Below the pieces are notes generated by a model, which did not search any database, was not told the DNA's origin, and saw only the letters and a list, made by a program, of their open reading frames with translations. A stretch of 63,770 bases of DNA, the filler included, from Piptocephalis cylindrospora (lineage: Eukaryota), in assembly GCA_003614145.1 (NCBI GenBank). It is 3 parts of 3 records of this genome, joined end to end, with 100 filler letters (N's around TTAATTAATTAA, not from the genome) between each part and the next. Parts side by side here need not be neighbours in the genome. Positions count along the whole stretch, not along the records: positions 1 to 22,007 come from KZ987804.1; 2 more parts are not named here. One strand, given 5' to 3'. Both the position numbers and the translations under genes were made by a program. Shown here piece by piece: positions 1 to 13,683 of this stretch. Numbering within the stretch: the stretch's first letter is position 1; each line of letters begins with the position of its first letter.

Positions 1-280
1 GGCTGCATCGTACTCTCCTGAGACCCTGGAGAACAGGCGTATCCCGAGCCAAAGGGTGGGCTAACAACAGGATGATACCGATGGGAATATAATGTACAGT
101 TCACTAAAGAATAACAAAGCCTTCGGTCGGGGAAGATATTCTACTGCGCGCTTCACATCTCTCTCCAAAAGATCAATATAGAAGCAGTGTATTCAATTCC
201 TCTCTTCTCCGCTCTCTTGACTAATGATGCAACATGAGATAATATACATGCACTGCTTATCTCTTCTTACCACCTCACAT

Positions 281-3200
281 CTAGGTTGATCTCAATCTAC
301 AAAAAAAGTTCAACCTTTGCTGCAGGGAAGCCTTGTCCACGGGCTTGGCCATGACCTCGTCAAACGCCCTAGCCAATTGAATGGGATGTTCGTAAGATGT
401 AATGGCGATGATCGGGGTCGTTTGATTAACGTTCCTAGTTGATTTGATCATCCTGGAAGCACCTTCACCATCCACTATTGGGCCATCGAGGAGAGGGGTG
501 AGAAAAAAGATGAGGAGCTAATACGTGATGACATAAATGTCCTTTTCCTACTTACAGATTGGCATAACAATGTCCATGAAGATAATATCAAACTTGACCG
601 AGCCCATGGCACATCGAATGGCCTCGGCTCCGTTCCGAACAATGACACATCGTCCATTCAACTTTTTCAACATCGTCTCCATGATTCGACAGGACACCGG
701 GTTGTCATCAGCGATCAGGCAATTCCACGGCCCATTGGACAGGGTGGAGGAGGATGCGGAAATGGCACTTCGCTGAGGAGAGCGTCCGGCCTGGGAGGAG
801 CTGAGATGTCCAAGGTTCATCTTGGTCATCACGCCTGGCCCTCCCCTCCCCAGAGGTTGAACACCGCCACCGAGTGTAGATTCCACCGACAAAGACCCAG
901 ATCTGGGCCGTCCACGGGGCATGCCCACACTCAGTGAGTTTCCGGTGGATCGGGCAAGCGGGGATAAGGATCCTGGGCCTAGTGTATCGATCGACGTGGT
1001 TGACCCCGTGCTTGCCGAGGTGAGCATCCCTACGGGGGCTGGGGGCAAGGAACTCATGCTCTCAGAGCCCTCCGTATCCACGTTCTCGTCCTCCCTTTCA
1101 GACCTTCCTCCTTGGATTAATCTTGTCGAAGGTAGAGATGACCGGGTGCGTGGAGGAAGCTGAAGAAGCATAGATGTGGCCGGGTTAGCCCAGATGCCAG
1201 TGGTTTCGGTATTCCTGGGGATCTCAAGGTTCCCAGTACTTCCTGGCGTGCCAGAAACCCCTGGTAGCAATGGGGTCAGGCCCTGTCGGGGAGAAGCCAA
1301 AGGAGAGGAGGTCAAGGGTGAATACTGTGACCCCGTGCTTTGTTCCAGAGGTGGTGGTCCAGAGGTGGGAATTTCCGAGACTGATCCAGTCCTCGGCCTG
1401 CCCTCTATCCCACTGATTCCCCCTCTGATTCCGTCAATCCCTCCAGTACTAGCCGAAAGGTGTAAGGAGGGCGGCCCCATCCCCTGTGCCCTGCCTACCC
1501 CCAATCCTTCTTCATCACTTCGAGTGCTGCTCGGGCCATGCTGGAGAAGGGAAGAGGCTCCGCTCCCACTGATAGATCCATCCCTGGAGGCTCGGTCATC
1601 TCTCAATTTCCGAATCACCTCCTCATTCGCCCTCTGTAGAGCATCAAGGTTGCGGTAGGTAAAGGTCCCAAACTCACCATCTTCACTGCAGGCTTTAGAC
1701 ATCATGGCCGAGGGATCCGCGTCTGCTGGGGAGGGTGGAGAGGCACTTTCTTCCCTCGCCGGCCTTGGAGGAGGCTGGGTCTTTGCCATCGATGTCATCC
1801 CCGAGATGCCCATGGCCTGGGCTAATAGATCGCCTTTTTCCTCCTTGCTCTCATCTTCTTTGTTTCCTTTGGTCACACCATCCCTCACCGTACTCTCTGT
1901 CTTTGTCACCTCTGCCACCTTGGCGGCGTCCGCACTTCCTTCCTTCTCGCCAGAGCTCTTTCCGTCTCCATCTCCTTCCTCCTCCTTGGAGAGCAACCCC
2001 ATACTCACGCCTCTCCCGTCAAAGTAGTCCGTGTCTTCCCACCCTTCGGTCATTGGAACAAACGACGGAGTCTCCTCCCTGAGCTTTCCCCAGTCGTCGA
2101 TCTTATCGAAGAAAGGATGAGCCTTGACTTCCCTGGAGCCTTGGGCACCCAGTCTCTTTGCAGGGTCCGGATCCAAAAGACGAGTAATAAACTCCTTGGC
2201 CTTGTCCGAGATGGGGCATTCCCCAGTCGAGGGATCCTCGTGCCAATGGATCGTTCCCCGGACAATGTTATCAAATACCTTTTCCGGGTTGTCGGCATGG
2301 AACGGAGGAATCCCGTACAGGAATTCATAGCACATCACTCCAAGGGCCCACTAATACAGAAGGGAGATTTGGATGATTAGTATACATGCATGATCTACGC
2401 ACCATATCCTGGCTTTAAACGCTCACATCATCTCTGGCAAAATATTCAGCTTAAACTTACCCAGTCCACCATACTATCCTGACCGGTTCCGAGAATGGAT
2501 TCGGGAGCTAGATAATCTGGAGTGCCCGCTACTGGGCCGGGCGCCTGTTGCCCTCCCTTCCCCATTAATGATTTCGACCCAGGAGATTCATCCAGCGGAT
2601 CAAGTGAAAGAACCGAGTGGTCACTTGACTTCCTTCTGCCTGATCCTCCTTCGCCCTCGCCACCACCTTCCCCTTCCTCCCGCTTTAACCACATGGTAAT
2701 GTACGCATCTTGGGGGAAGGATCCGTTCCCAGTACCAGTCCCGGATGCCTCAGAGGCAACGGCGTCCCCTTGACTTACACGGGCTCTACGGTTTAGAAAC
2801 CCAAGTCGAGAAAGGCCAAAATCCGTCAGTTTCAGATGACCATTGGCATCAATTAGGAGATTATCCGGTTTTAAGTCTCGATGAACAATACCACGGCCAT
2901 GCAGATACTCCAAGCCACACACTACTTCAGCCAAGTAACTCCTAGCCCAGTCCTCATCCAGCTGGCCCAAAGACTTGATCAGCGTAGCACAATCCCCTCC
3001 GTTAAGGTACTCCATCACTAGATACAAAGAGTCCTTAGACTGAAAGGAATAGTACAATCGTACCACCCAGGGAGAGTCTTCTTGCATCATCAGGATCATC
3101 CGTTCAGCCTTGACGTTCTTAACTTGATTCTTTGCCACCATATCACTCTTCCGCAGTACCTTTAGGGCAAAGTACTCTCCTGTGGCTCGCCGCTTCGCCA

Positions 3201-6200
3201 AGAAGACTGAGCCAAAGGCACCCTTGGAGATAGGTTTAATAATCTTGTAGTCCTTGATGGAAGGAGGCTTGGCCGTTCCTGGACGCCGAGTTGGTGTAAG
3301 CGGAGAGGATCCTATAATAAGAAATAGGATCAGTCATCCGCAAAGATTGCCTATCTTCTTTCAAGAGATCTCTTCTCAACCTAGTTTGCAATTAACCATT
3401 CCCTACTTACCGGCTGTTGATGTCGACCCTGCTACCCCAGTGGCCAAAAGAGGTAAATTGGACAAGGAAGTAGGGGTGCCCGGCCCCATGGACCGATTGG
3501 ACATGTGTGAGGTTGCAAGATGCAGTGGGGTCACCATGGGTCTTGGGGAGGATGAAGCCGTGGAGGTGGAGGTGGAGTGGGAGGAGGAGGAGGAGGAAGA
3601 GGAAGGGGTGGCTAGGAGAGGAGAGGCTACTCCTCTACTCAAGCCAAAATACCCAGAGGCAAAGGACTTTCTGCCTTCTGCACCGCTCCTAACACCAGAT
3701 TTTAGGTCCGCCTCTGTTCTCCCTGTCCCATCTTCGTTCACAGGCTCGGATTCACTGACCGTCCTATCCTCATTCTCATTCAGTGCTCCCTCCTCACAAA
3801 GCGCTTTAGCTTCCGCCTCAGACATTGCCTCAGTGTAAGTCTGATAGCTCAAGACAGCCTCTGCTTTGGCCCTCACCCAATCCTGGATATCCTTGCCAAT
3901 ATGTCCTAATACGGGGTCCTCGCCTCCACCAGCCGTCAAGCCGTCTCCCATCAACGACACCGCCATCGGCGCATGGTACTTGGCTAACCTTGTAGCCCTT
4001 TCTACCATGTGCTTCCGGATCTCTTCCTCATCTCCTTCCCTATCATCATCCTCGCTCCAGGTAATGCTCAAGGCCAGAGCTGCATCAACCGCTGCCAGTA
4101 GTTTTCCAAGGAAAACCCCTCTACGCTTCGTTTGCTCTGCTATCCTCGTCCGATGATTCTGTGCCTCCTTATCCGCTCTGGCTTTCCGAATACCGGGGCC
4201 AAGCGGGCCTAGCTCCATTGGTCCGGACCGACCAACCCCCATCATCTCCAAGTCAGCTCGCATGGAAGAGCTGCGCAAGTGCCCTCTAGTCCCTCCAACC
4301 ACGTGAGTGGACTTGGATGGCGAAGCGGATGTTGAGGAGAGATATGGTAAGGGAAGAGGAGGAGTAGGAGGTGGAGGGGGGGGCCAGATGTAGTCTTGAT
4401 GCTCTTCCTAGACTTCCACCTGCGGGGTGGTCTTTCTTCTCCATGTGTGCCGACTCTGATGGTAAATTGGGAAAGGTAGTCTGGTCAGATCCAATAGCAA
4501 TCGCCTTTGGAGGTGGTGGAGATGGTGATGGCGTCAAGGAAGTAGATCGGGAGGCAGTAGACTCAGATGGAAGTTGAGGAAGGCTCTTTTCCCTCCTCTC
4601 AACCACATCATCCGGTTTATCTGATGGACTTTCTGTATCCGCATTCTGAGCCGGATAGTCGGTTTCTTCTTTCTTCTCCCCCTCCTCCATCCCTGCAGAA
4701 ATGTGGGGAAGATGAACTGCACTCATGGCCCCTACAGGGCCTCCCCCATCTCCATCTCGAGGACTACCCATACCGAAGGGGTTGGTTAATGAGGCATAGC
4801 CCACACTAGCACTATGTCCATGGTGCCCTCTACGTCCTGGGACACTGACTCCTGCCCCAGTACCTTGTCGAGGAGGGGCGTTCGACTTGGTCCCATACTT
4901 AAAGAAAGAAAACGAGGAGGGGGGTGTGGATGGACCCAACTGAGAAGAAGATCCTGGAGCGGTTTTCGTGGGAGTGCCGGGGACCGATCGTGTGGGAGTA
5001 CTGGGTCCTTTCTTGGCCATGGGGGTCTGGTCAATCCTAGCTGATATTCCCGGGAAAGGCTCGGCGCCCTCTTCGCCTCCTACGCTCCTAGATGTGTCGG
5101 ATCGTTTCATCCTTCGGGAATGTGTCCTACTTGGTCCTTTGACTAGTCCCTCTAGGGTGCCTGATCTTGCTCTCCCGCCCCCAGCTGTTCTGCTTCTCCG
5201 GCCTTGCTCTTCCTCACCTCCAACCTCCTCACCTCGTCCCATCTCAGGCCCGGCCCAACCTTGGCTCGATGCGGATCCACGACGATCCTGCCGTAGAAAC
5301 CCCATGAGCCTTACCCAGTGCTTCTTCTGTGCCTCCACTTTGGCGCTTAGCTTCTCTTTGAGGGCCGTTTTGTACGATCCTCTCCGTCCGCTTTCATCAT
5401 GACTCGTTGTACTCAGTAAGGAATGACCGGCCATGGAATCAGTAGAGCTCTTTCTCCGTTGTGGTGACCATGTCCGGGAAGTTGACTCCCCAAGCCAGGA
5501 TTGATTACTATCTCCCCGCCGGGAAGGCTTGGGTGAAGGCGGGGTGGCATCTTCCAGTCCGTCATCTCCATCCTTAAGTCTTTCCGTCTTCCACCATCGC
5601 TTTTCCGGCCGAATGTGAAGGGAGGAAGTTGGGCTTGGAGGGGGTAAAGGGGGATTGGAAGAGGCGGGAGGAGTGGCAGAATGGTAGCAAAGAGTGGGGA
5701 GGGGCGATTTATCTTCCTCAGATTTGGGTGGCTTTTGCTCCAGCGCCTTATCTGATCCTTCCTCCGTAACCCCAGGAGATGACCTACCCTTGACAAGTTC
5801 TTGCACACCTCGTCTCATCTCCTTGAGCATATCATCGGCCATTTGAACATTAGACTCGGCCTTGTGGATATGAAGACAGAGACGAGCATGCACCTCAAAC
5901 CAAGATGGGGCAATGAGGGCATCGCAAATACGACAGGTCTGAGGGGGTAGAGGGGGAGGCTCTTCCACCTGCCCCACCAAATGACCCTCCACCAGTCCTC
6001 CTTCCTCAGCTACATGTTGTCCTTCATCGCTCTCCTTACCGACCGTTTCCCCCTGCTCAACCTCGTGACCATCTTCCATGCCAACCTGACCAAAAGTATC
6101 AGCACCCATCTCTTCCGCTCCACTACCCCTCTCAGCTTCCTCCTCGTCCGGCCTCAGTACCCAAAGGGTGTGGGAGGGGAGATCCATCTCCTTGTCATAC

Positions 6201-9200
6201 ATCATCATACCTTTCCCCACTACCACTGTATCCTCTGTATCCGTGACTATTTCTGCCTCGCCCATATACCTTCCCGGGGAAAGAAGGAATCGAACCTCAA
6301 CTGTACGAGTTTCATCCCGGAGGAGAGAAGCATTGGCCTCCTCAAAAACACCAGGAGAATCGTCACCGACAATCTCACCTATCTCCACATCCAGCAAACT
6401 CTCTGGGTCCATTCCCTTCGTCAAGGACCTCCAGGATGGAGAGAGATACTGAATGCGGGGAGGGGAAGAAAGGTCCAGCTCCATTACCACATTCTGGCTC
6501 TGAGCCTCCTCTGCCATGGCCCGAAGTTTATCCTGATCCTCCATATCGCCTAGTTGCTCCTTACTTGGCGCCTCCAGTGCTCCTCTCAAGGCAGCCACCT
6601 GGCCAAGCACCTGGTAGTAGACATGAGAAAAAATGGTAAGGGTAAGTGCTTTATGAAAAAAGAGGAGGAGAAGTGGGGATAACACTCGCCCTTCATGAGG
6701 CTTACCTGCGATTGGCGCTTCTTTCGATCACGTGCAGCTTTGCGTGCTATTGGACTAGGGGGCTGCCCCATACGGGGTATGGAGGCGGAGCTATCCAATC
6801 CACTGCCTGAAGCAATAAGTCCTGGCCCCTCTCCTTTGCCCTCTTCTCCTTTGACAAGGGAAGGAAATGGACGGATGGTGGCAATATCAGAAGGACCTGT
6901 GGGGACAAAGGCATTAAATCTACCGTCACGGTCTGTCAAACTTCCCCATTCCTTCATCCGATCCACCTCGTCGTTAACTCCTTCTTCCTCCTCTCCATCT
7001 TCCTTATCCTCCTCCTCCTTCCTTCCTTCCTCCTCCAATGACTTTACCAATACGTCGGCTTCTCCCCAAGACTCCACGTCACGCGCTAGAGCCGCGGCTC
7101 CCATCAGTACCCGATAGGGCCATTCAACATGTGGCCAGTCAGGCTCTCGCTGCCATTGAACCCAAAGACCCTGAAGTTTCCTGACCCAACCTTCAATCAC
7201 CCCAGGTTCCACCAAATCATCTACTGTAGCATCCAGAAGCTGTTGAGCGATAGAAATGAGCTCTAGAAGATGCTGAACAAAGGGAGATGGCTTATACGAG
7301 TCCTCCCCTACAACTGGAGCGCCCGATGAGGCAGGATGAGAGCTGGATGGGGACCGGGAATGGGAAGGAGATTGGGACATGGGATGAGAAAGAGAGGGAG
7401 TTCGAGAATGAGAGGGGGAGTGAGACATGGGATGGGAAAGAGAGGGAGTCCGGGAATGAGAAGGAGAGTGGGAAAAAGATTGAGAAGGTGATCGGGAATG
7501 TGAAGGTGAATGAGAAAGAGAATGGGCAGGAGAGTGGCTCAGAGTCGGAGAGTGGCTCAGGGTAGGGGAATCATTCAAGGAAAGGGTGAGGGATTGTGAA
7601 AGCGGGTGACTAGTGCGAGAAAGAGAGCGGCCATGTCTGGAGGGAGAGGGAGAAGAAGGTGTCTGGCTCAGGGATAGGGAGGAAGAACGAATGGGTAGGG
7701 TGGCGGGGATGACCGGATTGGGGAAAGGTGAGATGGAAAGGGTGGAGATCGATGAGCTCGGAATGGATGAATTCGGGGTGGGAATGGCCTGGGCAGGACG
7801 AGTAGGGGAGGAGAGAGAGGTGGTGGGAGGAGTGTAAAATTCCTCCTCCCCTTCCCCTCCTTCATCTGCATCTTTGACATCTGAGCCCATCTCGTTGTCC
7901 CCTCCAATTGGGCTGGACCGTACCTGGCAGGGTAAGTCAGGGAAGGGCATTTCCTCATCCTCCTCATCCACATCCTCTTCTTCATCCACCTCTTCCACAT
8001 CCTCCATTCCTTCACTTTCCTCACCAGAGCTCATCCTATCTTCATCTTCCACATCCGGGTTCAAGGCCCGTTCCATAAATTCATTCAGGGTATCAACTGT
8101 GACGCGCATAGTCTTATCAGTCAAGGCCTTGGTCCTCGTCAGCGTAGACCAAGCCCTTTCCCTTCTTGCTTCACTCCAAGATTCAGGGACCTATCGGTAG
8201 GGGAAGAAGGGAGCGAGAAGGAAGGAAGGAAGAAATGAGGAGAAGTAGGGAGCGTAGAATAAATAAAAATAATCTTACCTCAAAAAGTGTACTCTTTCCA
8301 CCAATCAGCATGCCATCAGGACCTTGACTACCACGAATACTACCTCGACGAGGCGCCCCTCCTCTGGGTCCACCCGAGCCTAGACGGATGGCGGAAAGGG
8401 GAAAGGTCTCCATGAGAGGGCCAGGGGTTAAAGGCCCTTCCCCTCCGCTCATCTCAGATCCAGCAGTGTCGGACCCGCCAAGGTCGGATTCGTAGGCCAA
8501 CTTACTCCATACCCCAGAGCCTGCAGGAGAGGGGGTGGAGCCCTTCCTTCCCCTTCGTGCACTCAGGGAGGGGGAGATGAGGGAACGAAGGGAAGTGTCG
8601 CTTCCACTTCCTTTCCTCCCGGACCATCCCATGGACCCATCCAAGGTAGATGGGGGAAAGGGAGGAATCACCTCCCCTTCTTTCTCGCCCTGCACATCCT
8701 CCCCTTGAGCACCCACTACTACGTTTTCCTCATCATCCTCATCGTTATCACCATCCATCACCCCTTCCTCCTCCCCAAAGCCTCCAAGGTTCTTGTTTGT
8801 GCTGAGTGTTGATTTAGACAGGATACTTTCGTACTCCCTGTTCATCCTGACCAAATGGGCTCTCACCCTTTTCCACCATATTAGACCCTTCCAATGATGA
8901 TTGGAGGAGGAAAGAACGAGGTGATCCACACCCTTCCACCACCAATCCCATCGAATAGGATCTTGACCATCCTCCTCAACAGAAACTTGAGTCCAGCCAA
9001 GTAGCTTTGACATTCTCGACCTCCAAAGCATACCCGCGACCTTCAAAGCCTCCTTATCCGTACCAAAATCCGGCGTTTCTCCTGCTCCATCCTCGCTATC
9101 ATCGTGGCTGCCATGTTCATTACCGTTACCTGACCTATCAAGCCTTCTCCCTCTCTCTTGAGCTCTCCCGACCTTGGCTTCACGTACGGTCAGAGCGCTA

Positions 9201-12120
9201 GTTTGATGCCGTAGCATGGGTCTACGGACACCTAACCCAGATCGGCTTGCCCTTCCCCCATCAATGAAAGTGCCAACCTCTTCCTCTTCCTCTTCTTCCG
9301 CCACCCTATCCAGATCGTCCTCACCCCCTTCTTCCATGGAGGAGACATACCCAGTAGAGTCGCCACGCCAATCCGGACCACTCCGACTCCAGGCCACAGG
9401 AAGACCCATGAGCTGAGTGGGACCCGGAGAGTTGCCCTCTTCCCGATCCATTCTTACATGGGCGGAGTCATAAGCCTCCAGTCCACTTACCATGTGAGGC
9501 CTACCCTGTCTCCTGGGAATCACTAGGTCATTTCGTTGCCCATGGAGCCCCATATCAGTACCTGTGTGCTCATCCCTTTCACCCTCCTCTTCTTCCTCCT
9601 CTGAAGAAAGATCACCAAGGGTATGGGACCTTCGAAGGGCTCCTGGGGCCAGGGAACCCACCAAGGGAGATCTCCTCCCACTAGATGCGGGCGCGGCCCT
9701 ACCCCAATTCCCTGCTCCTAGGCTGACACCTCCCCCTAGACCGGAACTCATCCCTCCTAGACCAGGAGCTGCATTACTCCCTAAACTAGTGCCTTTCGCA
9801 CCAAGGACCGGGCTTCTTCCGCCCAGGCGAGGACTGCTACCGCCACGATCAGAACCCAGACCTAGGGTCTCAAGGGCGCCGATAGACTGATTCCTCCGAT
9901 GGGACCGGGCTGCAACGTAGGCGCCATTGAACCTCAAGCCTCCAGCCCCCCTTCTCCCCAGCATACCGGGGGAAGTGGAGGCGACCGGGGAGGCCAAGGA
10001 GGCAGATGATGGGCCAAGATGGAAGGGACTTGAGCCTCCAGGAATAGCCATGTTGGATGCGGAAGATGAACTTGTCGGGATAGAGGAGAAGGAGGAGGAG
10101 GAGACGGAAGGGGCCATCCCCGTCAACTCCACCCAATCCCCACTACCGACAGGACCACCACGACGATGGTGCAGGAAGGGAGAACGAGGAGAGCCAAGGG
10201 AAAGGGGAGACGGAGCCCTAGGAGTGTAGGAGGATGCCGAAGAGGGGGACGGGGTGGGGGAAGGTGAAGCCGAGGGGGAAACAGCACGTAGGGACGAGAT
10301 GGTGCCTAGAGAAGGGGGGTGTTAATAAAAGCAACGACAAAGATAAACGGGTAAGGAACACGGAGGTCAAGTACGCATTTACCTGGTGGATTCGGACCAG
10401 ATGATTGAGCGATACCAATGCCCAGATGGGAGGGCCGATGAATGTCAATGGCTGTGGGCCTTGGCTTGGCCGAGGAACCGGAGTCGCCAGGGCGTTTGGA
10501 TTCCTTGATCGAAGGCCTTCTCTTCCGGAATGATCCATCACCCCTGTCCATGCGAAGAGCCTCCAGAAGATCCCTATTCCCCTCCATATCCTGATCCGAC
10601 ATACCCTCCACACTATCAGGCAATTCTTGTTCCCCATCCTCTTCGGCCTCCTCTAGGGGGAATTCATTGATGTCCTCCCCCTCATCACTATCTAGGACAC
10701 CCACAGTACTACGGGGTATGGCAGTACGAGGGATATTGGATCTGGCAGCCTTCCATTCTTCCAGGGTATTTCTGGACTTTCTCCGGACCATCTCACTGGG
10801 CACGACATCCCCATAGACATCTGAGGCATCCAAGACTGGGGCCCTTCGGCCCCTGGAGATAGAAGAGCCGCTTGTGGAGGCAGAGGAGGGCAAGGAGATG
10901 GGAGGAGGGGTGGAGGGAGAGGGGAGGGTTTCATTGGAGGGACGTCGACCAGAACGGAAACTGGCGGATCTTCGTCTCCTTCCCACTCCTTCCCGGTCCC
11001 CCTCCAAAGCCCCCTCACCGTCCCCAGCGCCCCCCCTTAGTGAGCCCGTGTCCCCAACCAAGGAAGAGGTAGAGGCGGATGCGGAGGAGGAAGCGGAAGA
11101 GGAGAAGAGGGAGAGGTTGGAGGTGGCCAGGGAGGAACGACGAGAGGAGCGCCCCGTCCCAAGGACACTGCTTCCCACGCTACCCCTCCTCTCAGTCTCC
11201 CCCATGGGCGTACTAGGGAAGGAAACGGACCCTGAGCCATCCACGATGGCCCTCCCTAGACCTATGGAGGGGGAGGAGGCAGAGGTGGAGAAGTAGGAGG
11301 TGTCATTTGGAGCATCGGGAGATGAATGGGGGAGTCCCGAGGGGATTGACCCATCCCTATCCTCATCTTCTCCCAGCTGAGGGAAGGGGGAGACGGTGGG
11401 ACTAGGGGATTGAGAGTAAGGGGTGGGGCCAAGGCCCGGGGAGTAAGGGGAAGAACTGTGACCGGGGGAATAGGGTGAGGATCCGAGGCCGGGGGAGTGG
11501 ACACCGACAGAAGCAGCCACCTGACTGGATGTTGGAGTAAGGGAGCGTCGTAGAGGCTGTGGGATGGGGACAGAGACGATACGGGCGCCCAGTCTAGGGG
11601 AAGAGTGGCCCCCGGAGAAAGAGGCAGGACTGCACGTGGAGGATCGAGTGGGGGAGGGGGAGCCGGGGCTTTCAGAGAGCCTCTCCCCTTCGCCCAGCTG
11701 AGAGATGCCATCGAGGCCAATGCCCATTCGACTCCTCCCTGATCTTTCGGGTCTACCGAGAGGACTTTGGGTCAAAGGAACATGGGAGACAAAGGAGATA
11801 GAGGAGGAAGGGCTGGTGGATTGAAGCAAAGGACTGGATCCAGTGGAACCTTGTGTGGGGGAAAAGACTGGGGAAATGGGAGGAGAGGTGGAGGGGGAGG
11901 AGGAGGTGGAGGCGATGTGGGAGGAGCTAGTTGACGAGGAGCTGGATCGAAGCGGTGACCCGGTAGAAGGGGTTCTGGAATGGACGGCGCGGGGTCGAAG
12001 GGTAGGGAAGGGTCCAGGTGGCGGGGAGGGCCGAGGTGAGTGCCTAGGAGGGTTAGGCGAGGCCGATCCCGATCTGGACCGGTTATGACGAGAAGGTGGA
12101 GAATCCCCTTCTTCTGGCAT
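281..12120 (-). CDS. RIM15: RIM15/Cek1 (Greatwall-family) AGC Ser/Thr kinase with PAS, C2HC zinc finger, kinase and C-terminal receiver domains; about 3760 aa; needs one +1 frame correction near 4376-4383
   Basis: Exons joined by GT-AG introns in consistent phase: 12120-10383, 10305-8279, 8190-6706, 6610-3411, 3311-2461, 2350-556, 474-281. Motifs: PAS (QNVVMELDL..QYLSPSW), CRIC..FEVHARLC, IKPISKGAFGSVFL, HRDLKPDN, DFGLS, GTPDYLAPE, receiver (ADDNP..IFMD..AKP). The exact start and N-terminal extent are less certain. Confidence 0.88.
7340..7565 (-). repeat. Imperfect coding tandem repeats (SHSPSHSRTPSLSHPM-like) inside RIM15
   Basis: Repeated peptide units SHSPTL and SHSPSHSR(T/S)PS are visible in ORF 6586..8124. 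Confidence 0.7.
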
Positions 12121-12862
12121 CTGTGAAGGATGGGGGGGGAGGGGGTGAGGGTGGAGGAAGGAGAGTGAGGACAACGTGGTAAGGTAAGAACCAGAGATGA
12201 ATGGGGAGGGGATTGCACGAATGATGGTCAACACGCTCTACTCACTTCAAGTCCAGGATACGATGGGATAGGGCTGAAGACAGGGGATGAAGGGAGACAG
12301 AAGGCGACAGACTAACGAGGGTAAAGACAAGAGAGGAGAGGGGAAGGGACAAAGCGAGAGGGAGGGAAGGAGAAGGAGGAAAGGAGAAGTAAGGAGAGAG
12401 TGAGAGTGAGTGAGTGAGTGAGGGAGTGAGGAAGCAGAGTGGGAGGAAAAGAGCAAGAGGAGGCGGGGAGGGCGGTCTTACTCGGGCAAAATAAGGATTG
12501 TAGGGGCTTTCAAGCCGGTGGATGACCTGACTGAGGGGAGAGGAAGCGGGGGAGAGACGGTGGTATGAAGAGATGTTTGTGTGGGAGGGGAGGATTGGCG
12601 GGTGGCAAGCTTGCTCGTAAGGGTGGGAGAAGCGATGGAGGGATATGTGTTCGAGGCGAGTGTTGAGTGAGGGGAGCGAATGTGTGTGTGCGTGTGCGTG
12701 TGTCCCTGAAGGACGATTATAGGGATACAGAGGTGGAGAGGAGGGGGGATTTACACCAGCCAGTGGCGATGGGCTAGAGAAGGGAAGAGGCTTATGCGGT
12801 ACGCGGTCCTCCACCCTCCACACATTCCATTGATCTGTTGGAAGCCGTAGATCCTCCGCTCG

Positions 12863-12882
12863 CACACACACACACACACACA
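12863..12882. repeat. (CA)n microsatellite
   Basis: A run of about 10 CA units upstream of RIM15. Confidence 0.85.
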
Positions 12883-13683
12883 TTCCTATAGAAAATCAGT
12901 GGGTAGACTGATATGAGTGTGAACAACAGACGCAAGGGAAGGGGAGAGAAAGTGTGCACCACAGTCGTAGAAAGATATCTGGGAAACGGGAGTGAGAAGC
13001 TCCGATAGAGAGATCGATAGAGTAAGCAGCAGCACCATACAGTATGAGCGGAGATCCCTCCTCCCACCCACTGCTTGCTCCCCCTTTGTATGGACCAGCC
13101 CATCAAGGTAACCCCCGCCCAACCCCCCTCCTCCCCCTTCCCCTTCTGGGCCTGGCCCCACTAGGGAGAGGGGAGGGAGGAGGGAAAGACAATGGATGAG
13201 CGGTTGTACAGAGGGAAGCAGTCGCACCTGTGAATCCCTACTGATCTACCTGTCCTGGACACCCCCCTACAAGGGGATAATGAGAAGGGTAAAGTTGTAC
13301 AATAAGACTAAACAATGAACCATCCTCCATGTCTCGCAGTAGTGGTAAGTGCCTCTACAAAGAAGTATGGGTGATGAAATCCATCGTGGATCGTGATGAA
13401 AATGAAGATGCATATCAAAGGATGCGAGCTCAGATGGCCCTAGCTAGATAATCACATGAAGCGGCTCTCTTATCATCATCACTTTGCTCCCCATCAGCCA
13501 TTCCATTTTCTTTTAAATCATATAGCATGGCTGTCCTCTACGGTAAAGAAATCATTAAGAGTCTCACCATGAAGCAATGCTCACCGACACACTTCGCTCT
13601 CCGCCAGAGACAGTTACATTTCTTGGTAAATAACAATATAGATCCCTTGAGCTAGTTTACTCCTAGCTTCAGATCTACCCGTG

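Noticed and set aside
12242..13227. Minus-strand Leu/Ser/Pro-rich ORFs upstream of RIM15 (similar ones at 46495-47114 and 48604-49180)
   Set aside because: They arise from purine/pyrimidine low-complexity promoter or UTR tracts.
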